This document shows positions 8,102 to 17,462 of a DNA stretch of 39,685 bases, in pieces. Every line of letters begins with the position of its first letter. Position 1 is the stretch's first letter. Position numbers and translations under genes: made by a program. The stretch comes from a virus (taxonomy: Duplodnaviria; Caudoviricetes): positions 1 to 39,685 of the IMG/VR virus record IMGVR_UViG_3300032272_000038; one strand, 5' to 3'. Under the pieces are notes generated by a model. The model worked only from the letters and a program-made list of their open reading frames with translations. It had not been told where the DNA came from and searched no databases.

Positions 8102-9938
8102 TGTTCTGTTGCTCCATGATGTCATTGACCACCGCGTCGCCGTCGCCGCCGGCCTTGTCGATTTGCTTGGCAAGTTCACGCAAGAGGACTGTCAGAGATT
8201 GCCCCGCCACACGGTTTCGAGCGTCCCGAACACCCGCACCGCCCCGGCTCAAGTGCCGAGCTACTCGACCCAGCGCCCGCACAACCCGAGGCGATGAGAA
8301 ATAGCGCATGGCGCCGTGTCCGCTCAATCCAATGGCAACCGTTGCGACTGGGTTCGTGGCGAATCCAGCGGCGGCGGCGGCCGTTGTTGCGACTGTACCC
8401 GAGCCCGAGGGGTTGCCGACTGATCGGCTTGCCGCTGCGTAGTCGGTCATAATTCTCGACAGGTCGTCAAATTCCCGAGCGAGTTCGGGTCCGAATAGCG
8501 TGTTTCGGCCGTTCGGACTGAGCTTTTGCAATTCCTTTGCCCACTTGAGCGGGTCGAATGTCCCGGCGGCCGAGCGGCCCATGTTCTCGTTAACGGCTCG
8601 GGCCATTTGCGACCACTCATTCGCCCCGATTGCCGTTTGAAGGCGCATAAGGTTCGCACTGTCGCCGGCCCCGGTGCTCTTGGCCATGCTGTGCATCTTG
8701 TTAATGACGTTCTCGCCCGACTTCGCACCCGCCACGATGTCCTTGCCGAGGATCTTACCAACGGCTGCCCGAATGGGTGCGTGATGCTCTCGGAACAAAG
8801 CTTTCGCGGCGTTGTTCGCGGCCACGGCCGGCGCCCCACCATGCCGAGAAATCAATAGTTCGACGTCTTGCAGTAGCGCGGCGGCGGCTCTCTTGAACCC
8901 CGGTTGCGCGGTGCTATCGGCTGCAACGGCCATTTGCGGCTTGCCGAGCTTTGAGACGGCCTTGCGCAATACTTCGGCGCCTTCGACTGTTATGCCGCCG
9001 GGGTTCGTGGCGGCCTCGGTGATCATGTTCAAGACGGGTTGATTGATGCTGGTGAAAGACGCTGCATCTTCGGCGCTTAGGCTGTCGAGTATGCGAGTAG
9101 TGTGCGGCAAGTCGCCGGTCTGCGCTCGACCTAATGGCCCGAGTGCCCTCGGAACCGCGTCGTATGCCGCCGCCGCCTCTCGCTTTGATGTACCCGTAAC
9201 CCATCCCCGAGCCGATGTGGCGGCTTCGTCACCAGCTTGCCCGATAGGAACCTCGGGCCCCGAGCGAGCAACGGCGCCCGTGATGTTGTCAGATATGGCT
9301 TGCCGGCCCTCTTGATGTGCTCGCTGCAACGGCGCCCCGACGATAGGCATGTCGGCGCCGCGTCGAGCCGTGAATGAGGTCGCTCGGCTCACGAGGCCGT
9401 CATTCGGGTCAAGGGCTTTTGGTATGTTGATTTGTGGCGCATCCGGCGCGCGCGTGGCGTTGATCCGCGCGGCCTGAGCTGCGAGCCGATCGTTGGGGTT
9501 CCGCATACCCGCCGCCACGGCGCGCGCTGGTGCTCGGCCGGCGGGGATGGCGGCCGATGCGATATTCAAGGCCCCGGATAGGGTGTCGCCTTTCTCGACT
9601 TGGCCCTTGCCCTCTTCAAACGCGAGAGCTTGCCCGAGGCCGGGCACAAAGTCGGATACCGATATATTCTCGGTGCCGAGGCCCGACGAGCCAACGAGGC
9701 CCGAGGCGATCTTGCGGGCTTGATCTTCCCCAATGCCGAGACTTGTTGCGACGTCAGAAATGGCCCCGCCGATGCTGTCACGCCACGATGGATCATAAGC
9801 CGAAGCCGATACACCGGGCGTTGCGAATTGAGAGCCCGGCGGGAACCGCTCGCCCATAGCCTTTGCCATGACATCATCAGGCGTGCCGTCCGGGAATTCA
9901 ACGATCGAGCCGTCGGGGGCTTCTATCTGTTGCGCCAT
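8091..9938 (-). CDS. Large ejection/DNA-transfer protein
   Basis: 615 aa, Ala-rich; N-terminal APDGSIVEFPDGTPDD and C-terminal NPSGSG are typical of podophage ejection proteins. Confidence 0.7.
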   Translation of the reverse strand: MAQQIEAPDGSIVEFPDGTPDDVMAKAMGERFPPGSQFATPGVSASAYDPSWRDSIGGAISDVATSLGIGEDQARKIASGLVGSSGLGTENISVSDFVPGLGQALAFEEGKGQVEKGDTLSGALNIASAAIPAGRAPARAVAAGMRNPNDRLAAQAARINATRAPDAPQINIPKALDPNDGLVSRATSFTARRGADMPIVGAPLQRAHQEGRQAISDNITGAVARSGPEVPIGQAGDEAATSARGWVTGTSKREAAAAYDAVPRALGPLGRAQTGDLPHTTRILDSLSAEDAASFTSINQPVLNMITEAATNPGGITVEGAEVLRKAVSKLGKPQMAVAADSTAQPGFKRAAAALLQDVELLISRHGGAPAVAANNAAKALFREHHAPIRAAVGKILGKDIVAGAKSGENVINKMHSMAKSTGAGDSANLMRLQTAIGANEWSQMARAVNENMGRSAAGTFDPLKWAKELQKLSPNGRNTLFGPELAREFDDLSRIMTDYAAASRSVGNPSGSGTVATTAAAAAGFATNPVATVAIGLSGHGAMRYFSSPRVVRALGRVARHLSRGGAGVRDARNRVAGQSLTVLLRELAKQIDKAGGDGDAVVNDIMEQQNNGR

Positions 9939-11167
9939 TACTCGATCTTTCCGGTTGCCGGGTTGAATTTACGGATCACGGTCGGCTTGCCGCCCGGGGT
10001 TTGTCCGGGGCCCGTGACAGTGACACCCGATGCGGCGCCCGTGACAGGGTCGCGAGTTGCTGCACCGCCCGAGAGCCGGCGCAACACATCGCCCGCCGCC
10101 TCTAGCGTCATGGCCTTAGTGTCACCACGTCCAACAAGGGCGTTTTGCTCAAACTTAGACAGGTACTCTGTCAGGTTTTGAAGCTTCTGTTTTGCGGAGT
10201 TCGCATCGTCCATTGCACCCGGCAAGAATAGCCGTGTGTATTGTGCAAGCTCGGCCGGTGGTGCGGCGGCGCCGGTCATGGCCCGCAACGCACTCTCGAT
10301 CGCTGTCGAGACTTGTCGGGTTGCTCGACCAACTTCACCCGTGAGCGTCGACAAGTCGACAGTGCTTTGCCCGGCCATCAACGACTGGACGCCTTGCCAC
10401 ATCGACCAATCTTTCGTCAGAACGTCGGTTGCGGATCCGAGCCCCTTCATTGCGGTTTGGATCAGAGCGACCTTGCCCGCGACTTCGGCCGGAATTGGTT
10501 TCTTATATCCGGGCATTTCCTCGACACCCTTGCGAGGGTCCGCCGGGTCGATGTAGCGCCACCCAGCCGGCGGCTTTGCTGCGTCGGCAACCTTGCCCGG
10601 CGCGGGTCCGCCGATTGGCTTGTAGTCGCCCGTGTGCGGGTCTATGAGCACGGTTTGCTTTTTACCGTCGACATAGATTTCCTTGATCTGGTTCTTATTC
10701 GGCGTGCCCTTCATTTTGCCAAACAGAAACTTTGTCGCCGCCTCGGGCGATCGGGAAAGCATGAACGCCTGTTCTTCCGGCACGCCGTTCTTTGTGAGCG
10801 ACTGAAATATCATCTGTCGATTGCGGACTTTGGCGCCGTGCTGCTGCTGCCGGGCGGCGTTCGGGTCGTCGCCGGTCCATACTTGTTGAATGAGGTCGCC
10901 GAGCCCACCAAGGGGCCCGGAACCAGCTTGAGCGGGTCCGGGTTGCGGAGTGCTAGGACCACTACGCGCAACGCCCGGTGGAGGGGCACCGACGGGTGTT
11001 GCACCGGGCCCGCTCAATCGTGAGGCCGTGGGGATGTAGTCGCCCCCCGTGCCAATCACATTCGGGTCGACGAATTGCTCGAACCCGGGGATGTCGGAAA
11101 GCTGTTTCTGGAATTCGGGTGATTTCTGGCCACCGCCCTGCATCATTGCAATCAACTTATCAATCAT
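9938..11167 (-). CDS. Ejection/internal virion protein
   Basis: 409 aa with PPAGWRY and LRAMTGAAAP..E motifs, between other ejection genes. Confidence 0.65.
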   Translation of the reverse strand: MIDKLIAMMQGGGQKSPEFQKQLSDIPGFEQFVDPNVIGTGGDYIPTASRLSGPGATPVGAPPPGVARSGPSTPQPGPAQAGSGPLGGLGDLIQQVWTGDDPNAARQQQHGAKVRNRQMIFQSLTKNGVPEEQAFMLSRSPEAATKFLFGKMKGTPNKNQIKEIYVDGKKQTVLIDPHTGDYKPIGGPAPGKVADAAKPPAGWRYIDPADPRKGVEEMPGYKKPIPAEVAGKVALIQTAMKGLGSATDVLTKDWSMWQGVQSLMAGQSTVDLSTLTGEVGRATRQVSTAIESALRAMTGAAAPPAELAQYTRLFLPGAMDDANSAKQKLQNLTEYLSKFEQNALVGRGDTKAMTLEAAGDVLRRLSGGAATRDPVTGAASGVTVTGPGQTPGGKPTVIRKFNPATGKIE

Positions 11168-11211
11168 CGGTTTGCCTTGTTTGAGTTGTTACACTTTCCG
11201 AAACAACTGGA

Positions 11212-12219
11212 TTAGTCAGCAAGCGTTCTTTGTGTTGCGAGGTCGTAGTCGACCATCTTCATGCCGTGCATTTCAGACACGGCCTCGGGCACTCGACCGG
11301 CGACGTCATCCGCCATGCAGCCGATATGAGTTCGAGGGTGTCCGATGTATTGGTACGAATAGACCGCGAGCCCGTTGTCGAGGGCGCCGACCTTCTTGAC
11401 GTTGCGCTTGAGGCGGCGGTCCGAAAATAAGGACATCTTGGCCTTGCTCGTGCCCGTGCCCGTGGTTGTGCTCGACGACGTGCCACCGAGGCCCGCACCC
11501 GGGAACAAGATTGAGGCAACGAGCGCGATGTCTTCGTAAGGCACTGACTTGATCTGTTGATCGAGATCGACAAGGCGCTCGCCCGAGTAGTTGAGCCCGT
11601 CGAGCGCAGATTGCCCCATCTCGGTCGCTTGAGCGCCATAGAGCCCTTGCGCATCGGTTGCGCCTTGTGCGAGCGGCGTGAGCTGCCCGAGGGCGTCCAT
11701 TTGAAGGCCCTGCTGCTTGTTGTATTGGTCGAACAGGATCGGCAACTGAGCTTGCGCAACGCCGCGTGCGGCGGCTTGCTGGCCGTACGCATTGCCCGTG
11801 ATGTCTCTACCCGCGCCGGCAAATGCTGAATTCACTTGATCGAAAGCATTGTCGCCGACCAAGTCGAGCATCGCTTGCATTTGCGGGTTCTGCATCGGGT
11901 CGAGGTAGTCACCGCCCGCGTATTTCCCGAGCCCTTCCGAGGCTTTGTCGTATGCACCGGCAACTCGACCGTCCGCGCCGGCTTCGTTGTATAACCAATC
12001 TGTTTGGTTGGCTTTGTTCTGTGTCCAGGGATCGCCAGCAAGAGCGTTCGACTTCAAGCCGCTGTATGCGGTTTGCTGATCAGGCGACAAGCCAATCCCG
12101 CCCGCATCGCCAAGCATTCCGATGAGGTCGTTAAGGTATGGCTTTGTCGGGCCCCAAGGCTCGGTCTTCGAGTTCGATGTCGAGGTCGAGCTTGTTGTGC
12201 CCTTGCTAGATTTTCCCAT
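11212..12219 (-). CDS. Ejection (pilot) protein with C-terminal Peptidase_S74-like autocleaving chaperone domain
   Basis: S/T/G-rich N-terminus (MGKSSKGTTSS..EPW); C-terminal FSDRRLKRNV..GLAVYSYQY..IGCMADDV..PEAV..VDY. Confidence 0.8.
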   Translation of the reverse strand: MGKSSKGTTSSTSTSNSKTEPWGPTKPYLNDLIGMLGDAGGIGLSPDQQTAYSGLKSNALAGDPWTQNKANQTDWLYNEAGADGRVAGAYDKASEGLGKYAGGDYLDPMQNPQMQAMLDLVGDNAFDQVNSAFAGAGRDITGNAYGQQAAARGVAQAQLPILFDQYNKQQGLQMDALGQLTPLAQGATDAQGLYGAQATEMGQSALDGLNYSGERLVDLDQQIKSVPYEDIALVASILFPGAGLGGTSSSTTTGTGTSKAKMSLFSDRRLKRNVKKVGALDNGLAVYSYQYIGHPRTHIGCMADDVAGRVPEAVSEMHGMKMVDYDLATQRTLAD

Positions 12220-12222
12220 AAC

Positions 12223-12726
12223 TTAGAGTTCCCGCTCGAACAAGCAATCGCCATGCTCGTCTGTTTTACGAATGGTGAAGGGCCCGAGCGGGGCGTATGC
12301 CCGTGCAAGAGCCTTGCGACCGCGAAATATGATACGCTTGGCTTTGTTGGCTGTTGCCCACTCGACCATCAACTCGCTCACTAACTCGACCCACTCGTTC
12401 AGCCCCTCGCCACCCATCCCGTGAATATCCATTGCCAGTTCGCCGGGGTTGTCGGCGTCATTGAGAAACGTCGTACAGAAGGCGGCAATGACGTGCGGGC
12501 CCTTCCACACAGCCCAAACTTGCGTAAGGCCCTCCATGACGAGCTTGGCCGAGCGATCGAAGTCGAAATCCGGGTCGACATCCATACCCTTAGCCAGCGG
12601 AACCGATATGTATGGCCACATCGGCTCAATCATGTCCGGCGGCACCGGTAGCACCCGAATTGTGGTGTCCGCCATAAAGTCGGGTCGAGTGTTCGGCAAC
12701 TCGGGTTGTGTTTCTTGCGTGTTCAT
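12223..12726 (-). CDS. Virion morphogenesis protein, putative GNAT-like fold
   Basis: QVWAVW, GGEGLNEW and IIFRGRK pattern; sits between tail and ejection genes, as P22 gp14/T7 gp13-like genes do. Confidence 0.55.
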   Translation of the reverse strand: MNTQETQPELPNTRPDFMADTTIRVLPVPPDMIEPMWPYISVPLAKGMDVDPDFDFDRSAKLVMEGLTQVWAVWKGPHVIAAFCTTFLNDADNPGELAMDIHGMGGEGLNEWVELVSELMVEWATANKAKRIIFRGRKALARAYAPLGPFTIRKTDEHGDCLFEREL

Positions 12727-13031
12727 CCTAGTCCCACCCAAAAGAATGTCTTGTCGGTATCAGCATCGCTCGGATGCGTGACTGTGAATTGGCCCTGTAC
12801 CACTGCCGAAATGTAACAAGACGCGAAATCGGCGGCGGCGTTGGCCGTGGTCGGCATTAGAAAGACTTTGGTGTCGGGGGCGACCGTGATCGCCTCAACA
12901 ACCGTTGTTGTCTCGTTTGCACGAAGCGTGACGGCGCCGACCGCATTCGAGCGGCCTTCGAACAGGTCACGGATTGCCGTGTTTGTTCGAAATGGCCGTT
13001 CTTCGTATAAATGCGGAGGGTTGCCGCTCAT
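12723..13031 (-). CDS. Small tail component
   Basis: 102 aa, beta-rich (GAVTL..TTTVV, GQFTVTH..DKTF), downstream of the nozzle gene. Confidence 0.6.
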   Translation of the reverse strand: MSGNPPHLYEERPFRTNTAIRDLFEGRSNAVGAVTLRANETTTVVEAITVAPDTKVFLMPTTANAAADFASCYISAVVQGQFTVTHPSDADTDKTFFWVGLG

Positions 13032-13170
13032 CTCAGTGCCTCAAGTGTCTCATCAGGGTCGCTCTCGCGATTAGGCGTCTCATTCGTCGAATTCGACCCT
13101 GTTTAGACAGGGGTTGGGGTGTCTCTCTCGGGTGCCTCGTCAGGGAGTACTCAGAAGAGACGCCCGGTTT

Positions 13171-13281
13171 CTAGTCGTCGGGAAGCGATATGCGTTCGGG
13201 CTCGAACACCGCTCGGTTCATCCACATAAAAGCGCCTTGCAATTCTGTTAAAAAGCCCTCGTTGGTTTCTTCGTTCATCAT
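13171..13281 (-). CDS. Short ORF (36 aa) ending at TAG; the frame stays open to 13033 (82 aa if read through)
   Basis: AAGGGG SD before ATGATG at 13281. After the TAG, 45 sense codons run to a TGA 1 nt before the next ATG. Confidence 0.45.
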   Translation of the reverse strand: MMNEETNEGFLTELQGAFMWMNRAVFEPERISLPDD

Positions 13282-13294
13282 CAAGCCCCTTTCG

Positions 13295-13552
13295 TTAGCT
13301 GCCCATCGTCGGCAACGGGTTGAGTATTTCCACAGCGCCGTTGCAGTGAACCCACCGCGCCGCATACTCGGGATGTATGACGACCCACCCTTCCCGAGAC
13401 GGGTGTCGGGTGATGCGTGAGCCCTTGGCAAGACCCATCAACACTGAAAGCCCCGCGTCGATTTCTTCCGGGTAATCGTGCAACGGTTTCGTGGCCTCTT
13501 GCGCCTTGCTCTCGGCCGTGGTGAATTTTTCATAGTCAATCACTTCGGTCAT
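13295..13552 (-). CDS. Hypothetical protein
   Basis: ATG at 13552 overlaps the nozzle-gene stop. Confidence 0.55.
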   Translation of the reverse strand: MTEVIDYEKFTTAESKAQEATKPLHDYPEEIDAGLSVLMGLAKGSRITRHPSREGWVVIHPEYAARWVHCNGAVEILNPLPTMGS

Positions 13553-15234
13553 CGTCTTCCCTTTCTTCCGACGTCCGGCTCGACGGCGGTCGCATACGTC
13601 CATTCGTCACCCGCCGAAATGGTGATCCTTGCCCGCCCCGCTCGGGTCGACACTCGGGCAGGCACGAACCCTTGCGTGTTGATCGCTTGCTCGGTGCTGT
13701 AGACCGGCGTTGCGTTCAAGTTTTCCCGAGAGCCTATTGCGCCGACAACGGCGTCGGCGTCGGTGATGGGGTAGAAACCCCGCACAAACATGCGCTTCGA
13801 GACGGCGGATTGCTCGGCCGTTTCGAGTGTCGCCTCAAGATTGGCGCCCGTGAAGAACCCGAGCTTAAAGGTGGTATCCACCATCGAGAAAGCCGGAAGG
13901 GTCGCGGTGTCGAATGCGTCGAGTGACACGGGCAGGTCGTCGATCGACCCGGCCACGTACCCGCCCGAGACATAGGCGTTCGCGAACGTCGAGCCCTGCA
14001 AGTCGATGTGTGTCGCATCGATCACCGTGATCGTGTGCGACCCGTTTGCCTCGGTGGTTCCGGTGACTTCGGCGACGACCTTGATGTCGCCAGTTGTCCA
14101 GGCGGCGGATGATGCGACAGTGAGCCGGACAAGGCCCGCGCCGTTGTCGGCGGCGCCGCTGATCACAACCGAGCCGATCGTGTCAAGGCTTTCCAGGGTA
14201 AACCCGGGCTTCGCTAATTCAGCCACGAATTCGCCAACCAAATCAAGCGGCGTCCATCGATCCATTAGCCAGTCATAGGCGAGAGCCTTGTCGAATTGGG
14301 TCGTGAGAGCCGAGGCGAGCGACTTGTACGTGAACAGAACGAGGTGTGTTTGCGGATCACTCGACCCGAACACAAGGCCCTTTTGTGCGCTGTCATAGTC
14401 GGCAAGAAAGGTTCGATCGACCCGCTCGCGTCCAATGAACGTGATTTCCCCGTTTTGGTTTGCCGAGACGAAGCCCCGAGCCGAGAGCCAGAACATTTTA
14501 TTGTTGACGTAGGTGATCGAATGCGGGGCGATGCACCCGACATTGTTCGCAATCCGATCGATCGAGAAGATGATTTCAGAGCCGGGCTGATAGATCATCC
14601 GACGCACCGCGCCCTCTTGTATAATGATACCAAGCTCGCCACCAACCACGCCAGCAAGGGCCCCGCCATCGGGTAAGTCTTGATAATCAGAGTACGACGT
14701 CCCGGCGGTCCACCCGGTGATGTCGTTCAATGCGGACCACACGACCCGGTTCGGGTTGTCGAGGATGCCCGAGAGAATGACGAACCTATTCAAGATGGTG
14801 ATGTGCGCAGCTTGCGGCGGTGACCCGCCAAGGTCCGCGAATGCGCCGCCGCTGTTGACGTCGACAACTTGCGGCGCCGCGTTGACTTGTACCGCGATCA
14901 CCTTGTCGTTGAATTGCGCGAATTCCCACCGAGCTTGCGCGCTCACCGAGGTGTAAGTGCCCGCACCGAGAGAGACGTCGCTCCATTCGAAGGTCGTATT
15001 GTCGAGCAAGTACAGCTTCGTGGCTGTGCCCGCATAGATCGCGATCGTTTCATCGGTCTTAGTCGCAAAGAAATAGCCACGACAACGCGCCGGCAAAGCG
15101 TCGGTGAATTCCTCGAATGACTTGAATGGTCCGTAGCCATCCGCTCGGGGTACGACGTTCTGAATAGACGAGCTGAATTCGCCGTTGAGGTCGTTGAGGT
15201 CCGGGCGGTATTCGCCGAAAGCGAGCTGTACCAT
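13549..15234 (-). CDS. Tail nozzle / DNA-stabilisation protein (P22 gp10-like beta-propeller)
   Basis: 561 aa; FGEYRPD, WEFAQFND, VVWSALND..W, GCIAPHSI; follows the adaptor gene. Confidence 0.8.
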   Translation of the reverse strand: MVQLAFGEYRPDLNDLNGEFSSSIQNVVPRADGYGPFKSFEEFTDALPARCRGYFFATKTDETIAIYAGTATKLYLLDNTTFEWSDVSLGAGTYTSVSAQARWEFAQFNDKVIAVQVNAAPQVVDVNSGGAFADLGGSPPQAAHITILNRFVILSGILDNPNRVVWSALNDITGWTAGTSYSDYQDLPDGGALAGVVGGELGIIIQEGAVRRMIYQPGSEIIFSIDRIANNVGCIAPHSITYVNNKMFWLSARGFVSANQNGEITFIGRERVDRTFLADYDSAQKGLVFGSSDPQTHLVLFTYKSLASALTTQFDKALAYDWLMDRWTPLDLVGEFVAELAKPGFTLESLDTIGSVVISGAADNGAGLVRLTVASSAAWTTGDIKVVAEVTGTTEANGSHTITVIDATHIDLQGSTFANAYVSGGYVAGSIDDLPVSLDAFDTATLPAFSMVDTTFKLGFFTGANLEATLETAEQSAVSKRMFVRGFYPITDADAVVGAIGSRENLNATPVYSTEQAINTQGFVPARVSTRAGRARITISAGDEWTYATAVEPDVGRKGRR

Positions 15235-15237
15235 GTC

Positions 15238-15876
15238 TCAAAATTCCATCGGTTGAATGCGGTTGTTGCCAATTCGCATAAGCATCGCCGATCGACTGTC
15301 GAGCTGTTCGCTGGCCTCGTCAGTCGCTTGTGACATGGTTTTGGCCGTCTCATCTTCATAGAGAACGTGCATTGCCAACTCTAGCTTGGCCCGAGATCGG
15401 ATAAGCCGAGCGGCGTGTGTCATCCAAGGGTTGTTTGCTTCGTCATCCGTTGCCGGCGCCGCAACCTTAACCGAGCCCGCAACCCGAACCGTTCGGACAT
15501 CGTTCGGGATCGGGTATAGCCTCAATTGCTCGTTGTAATACGTGTACCAAGACGGCTGTCCGATCGAGGTGCCGTTCGTGCTCGACCATTCCATCTCATC
15601 GGGTTTCATCGCAATTAGGGTGTAGGGCTGGTCCCCATAATAGATCGTGACGTAATCAATCTTTTGCAGGTTCGCGAACGCGGCGACGTCGTTCTCGTCA
15701 TAGAATTCTTGCGAGGCGACAGTCGAGAATGTGATCGCCCGGGTCTCATTGAAGAAGTACCTTTGGTCTTCGTATGCCTCGATCGCGTCGCTGATCGAAT
15801 AAGCGATTTGACTGGTTAGGTCACTTCGAGCCAACTCGTCGGCAATTCGAGCTTTCATAATAGCGAGTGTGGTCAT
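15238..15876 (-). CDS. Head-tail adaptor (tail tubular protein A-like)
   Basis: IADELARSDL, GQPSWYTYY..LRLYPIPN, NPW motifs; position after the capsid genes. Confidence 0.8.
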   Translation of the reverse strand: MTTLAIMKARIADELARSDLTSQIAYSISDAIEAYEDQRYFFNETRAITFSTVASQEFYDENDVAAFANLQKIDYVTIYYGDQPYTLIAMKPDEMEWSSTNGTSIGQPSWYTYYNEQLRLYPIPNDVRTVRVAGSVKVAAPATDDEANNPWMTHAARLIRSRAKLELAMHVLYEDETAKTMSQATDEASEQLDSRSAMLMRIGNNRIQPMEF

Positions 15877-16406
15877 TTGCTCATCTTCCATTCACCCAAC
15901 GGGGCGGCGTTCACCGTGCGAGGGTTTTCATGCGATGACTTGACCCGCCTCGGGTCGCCGGGGTTTTCAGCACATCGCCAGCCGAGAGCGGTGTTCACTT
16001 GCTCGGTTCGCGCACACCAAAATTCGTGGTCTTTCCGAGCCCATGCCCCGGCTCTAATCGCCCCGACACCGGTCTCGTTTTTCGACACCCGTCTTTCGAG
16101 TGAATTGCCGAGGCGCTCTATTTGAAGCCCGAGGGTCGATTGCACTGTGTCGATCTTGTGCCCGAGTGTCGTGAGCTGTGTCGCTGCAAACGCGGCGGCG
16201 ACACCCACGGTTATGATTGCCCCGAAGAACATCACAATTGGCATGGTGAGCTTGTTGATGCTCGTCTCGCGGGGCCCGGTGTTCATTATGAAAGCTTGCT
16301 CGGGGTAGTGCGGCGCATATTGCGGCGGCGACGGGGGCGACTGGCCAGCACCCGGCGGCCGGGCACCAGGGACATAATGCGGAGCGTTCGAATACTGGCC
16401 AGACAT
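15873..16406 (-). CDS. Membrane protein with one TM helix and a coiled coil
   Basis: Pro-rich N-terminus, hydrophobic LTMPIVMFFGAIITVGVAAAFAA, then a heptad region and a Cys pair. Confidence 0.6.
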   Translation of the reverse strand: MSGQYSNAPHYVPGARPPGAGQSPPSPPQYAPHYPEQAFIMNTGPRETSINKLTMPIVMFFGAIITVGVAAAFAATQLTTLGHKIDTVQSTLGLQIERLGNSLERRVSKNETGVGAIRAGAWARKDHEFWCARTEQVNTALGWRCAENPGDPRRVKSSHENPRTVNAAPLGEWKMSK

Positions 16407-16409
16407 CGG

Positions 16410-16895
16410 TTAGCCCTCGATTTCAAGGGTAACAGTGAATATCTCGGCGCTTGCCGGCGTATAGGCAGCCAATGCTTCGAGCAAGCCGTACACGATCGAG
16501 CCCGAGGCGGGTTTGCTGAAACCAATCGCGGCGGCGGCGCTTATCTGAGCAAGGCCGGCGGCGGCGTCGACAATCCCGCCCGAGGTCATGTCGAGCGCGA
16601 TTGACCCGAGATACGAGGCCGTGTTGGCCGAGACTGACAAAGCGGCGTTGTCGCCACCCGCAACCGTGGGCAGTTCGTCGAATAGGTGCAAAGAGAATGA
16701 GGCGTTCGTGGCACTCGAAGCGCCCTTGTGAATTCGGGCCCGTCGGATGAGACCCGAGCGACCCACGCCCATGACGGAAAACTTGAGCGGTGCAACCGAC
16801 CCGGCGGTGACCGTATCCGCCACGAGATCGGCGATGGTGTACGCCGTGGTGTTGGCCGGGCGTGTGAAGAAACTAGAGGGCGTGATCATGTGCAT
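16410..16895 (-). CDS. Virion structural protein (hypothetical)
   Basis: TRPANTTAYT..D and AYTPASAE motifs seen in phage decoration-type proteins. Confidence 0.6.
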   Translation of the reverse strand: MHMITPSSFFTRPANTTAYTIADLVADTVTAGSVAPLKFSVMGVGRSGLIRRARIHKGASSATNASFSLHLFDELPTVAGGDNAALSVSANTASYLGSIALDMTSGGIVDAAAGLAQISAAAAIGFSKPASGSIVYGLLEALAAYTPASAEIFTVTLEIEG

Positions 16896-16926
16896 TGCGC
16901 AGCGTCCTGAGACTGAGGAAAGTAAG

Positions 16927-16960
16927 CGACGGGGCCCGAGTGAACCCCGCCGTAATTTTT
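16927..16960 (-). terminator. GC-rich hairpin, possible terminator after the capsid genes
   Basis: Minus strand CGGCGGGG...CCCCGTCG followed by CTTACTTT. Confidence 0.4.
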
Positions 16961-16966
16961 GGGCTT

Positions 16967-17383
16967 TTAGCCGTCGTTATCGGGAATGTACGCGATCACA
17001 ATTTCGGCCTCGCCAACCGTTGCGGCTGTACCAGTGAGAACAACCGTCGCCGTAATCTCGGTATCAGCCGTCGCCCGGAACAAGCCCGTCGCGCCTTCGT
17101 CGGCGGCCACGAACCCGACCGTCCCGAGCGCCCCGAGCGTCATAAACTCGTCGGGATCATCATTGCCATCGTCGGCGCCGATGTTAAGGGTGTTGGTTGA
17201 GCCGGCGTCGAATGCCGTCACGACATGCGCGCCCGAGATAGGTTGCATGATGAGCGCGCCTTCCGGTATCCAGCCAACCGTGACTTCGGACCCGTCGTCG
17301 GCAAAGCCGACAGTTTTGCGCAAATAGTGGATTTGCTGTGTGTGATACTGCCGGGCAACGCTTCCCGCTGTGTTGGTGGTCAT
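16967..17383 (-). CDS. Capsid cement/decoration protein
   Basis: Jelly-roll-like (VGWIPEGA, VVTAFDAG, ATVGEAEIVIAY), directly after the major capsid gene. Confidence 0.7.
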   Translation of the reverse strand: MTTNTAGSVARQYHTQQIHYLRKTVGFADDGSEVTVGWIPEGALIMQPISGAHVVTAFDAGSTNTLNIGADDGNDDPDEFMTLGALGTVGFVAADEGATGLFRATADTEITATVVLTGTAATVGEAEIVIAYIPDNDG

Positions 17384-17462
17384 TTGGTTCAATCCTTGTG
17401 TATGAGAATTCGGGTTCCCGAGCCCGAGGGTCGGGCTAGGGTGTAATCAGCTTCGGGCTAGA

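Noticed and set aside
13040-13145. Hammerhead ribozyme (CTGATGAG and CTGACGAG on the minus strand)
   Set aside because: No stem II followed by GAAA and no matching stems I/III.
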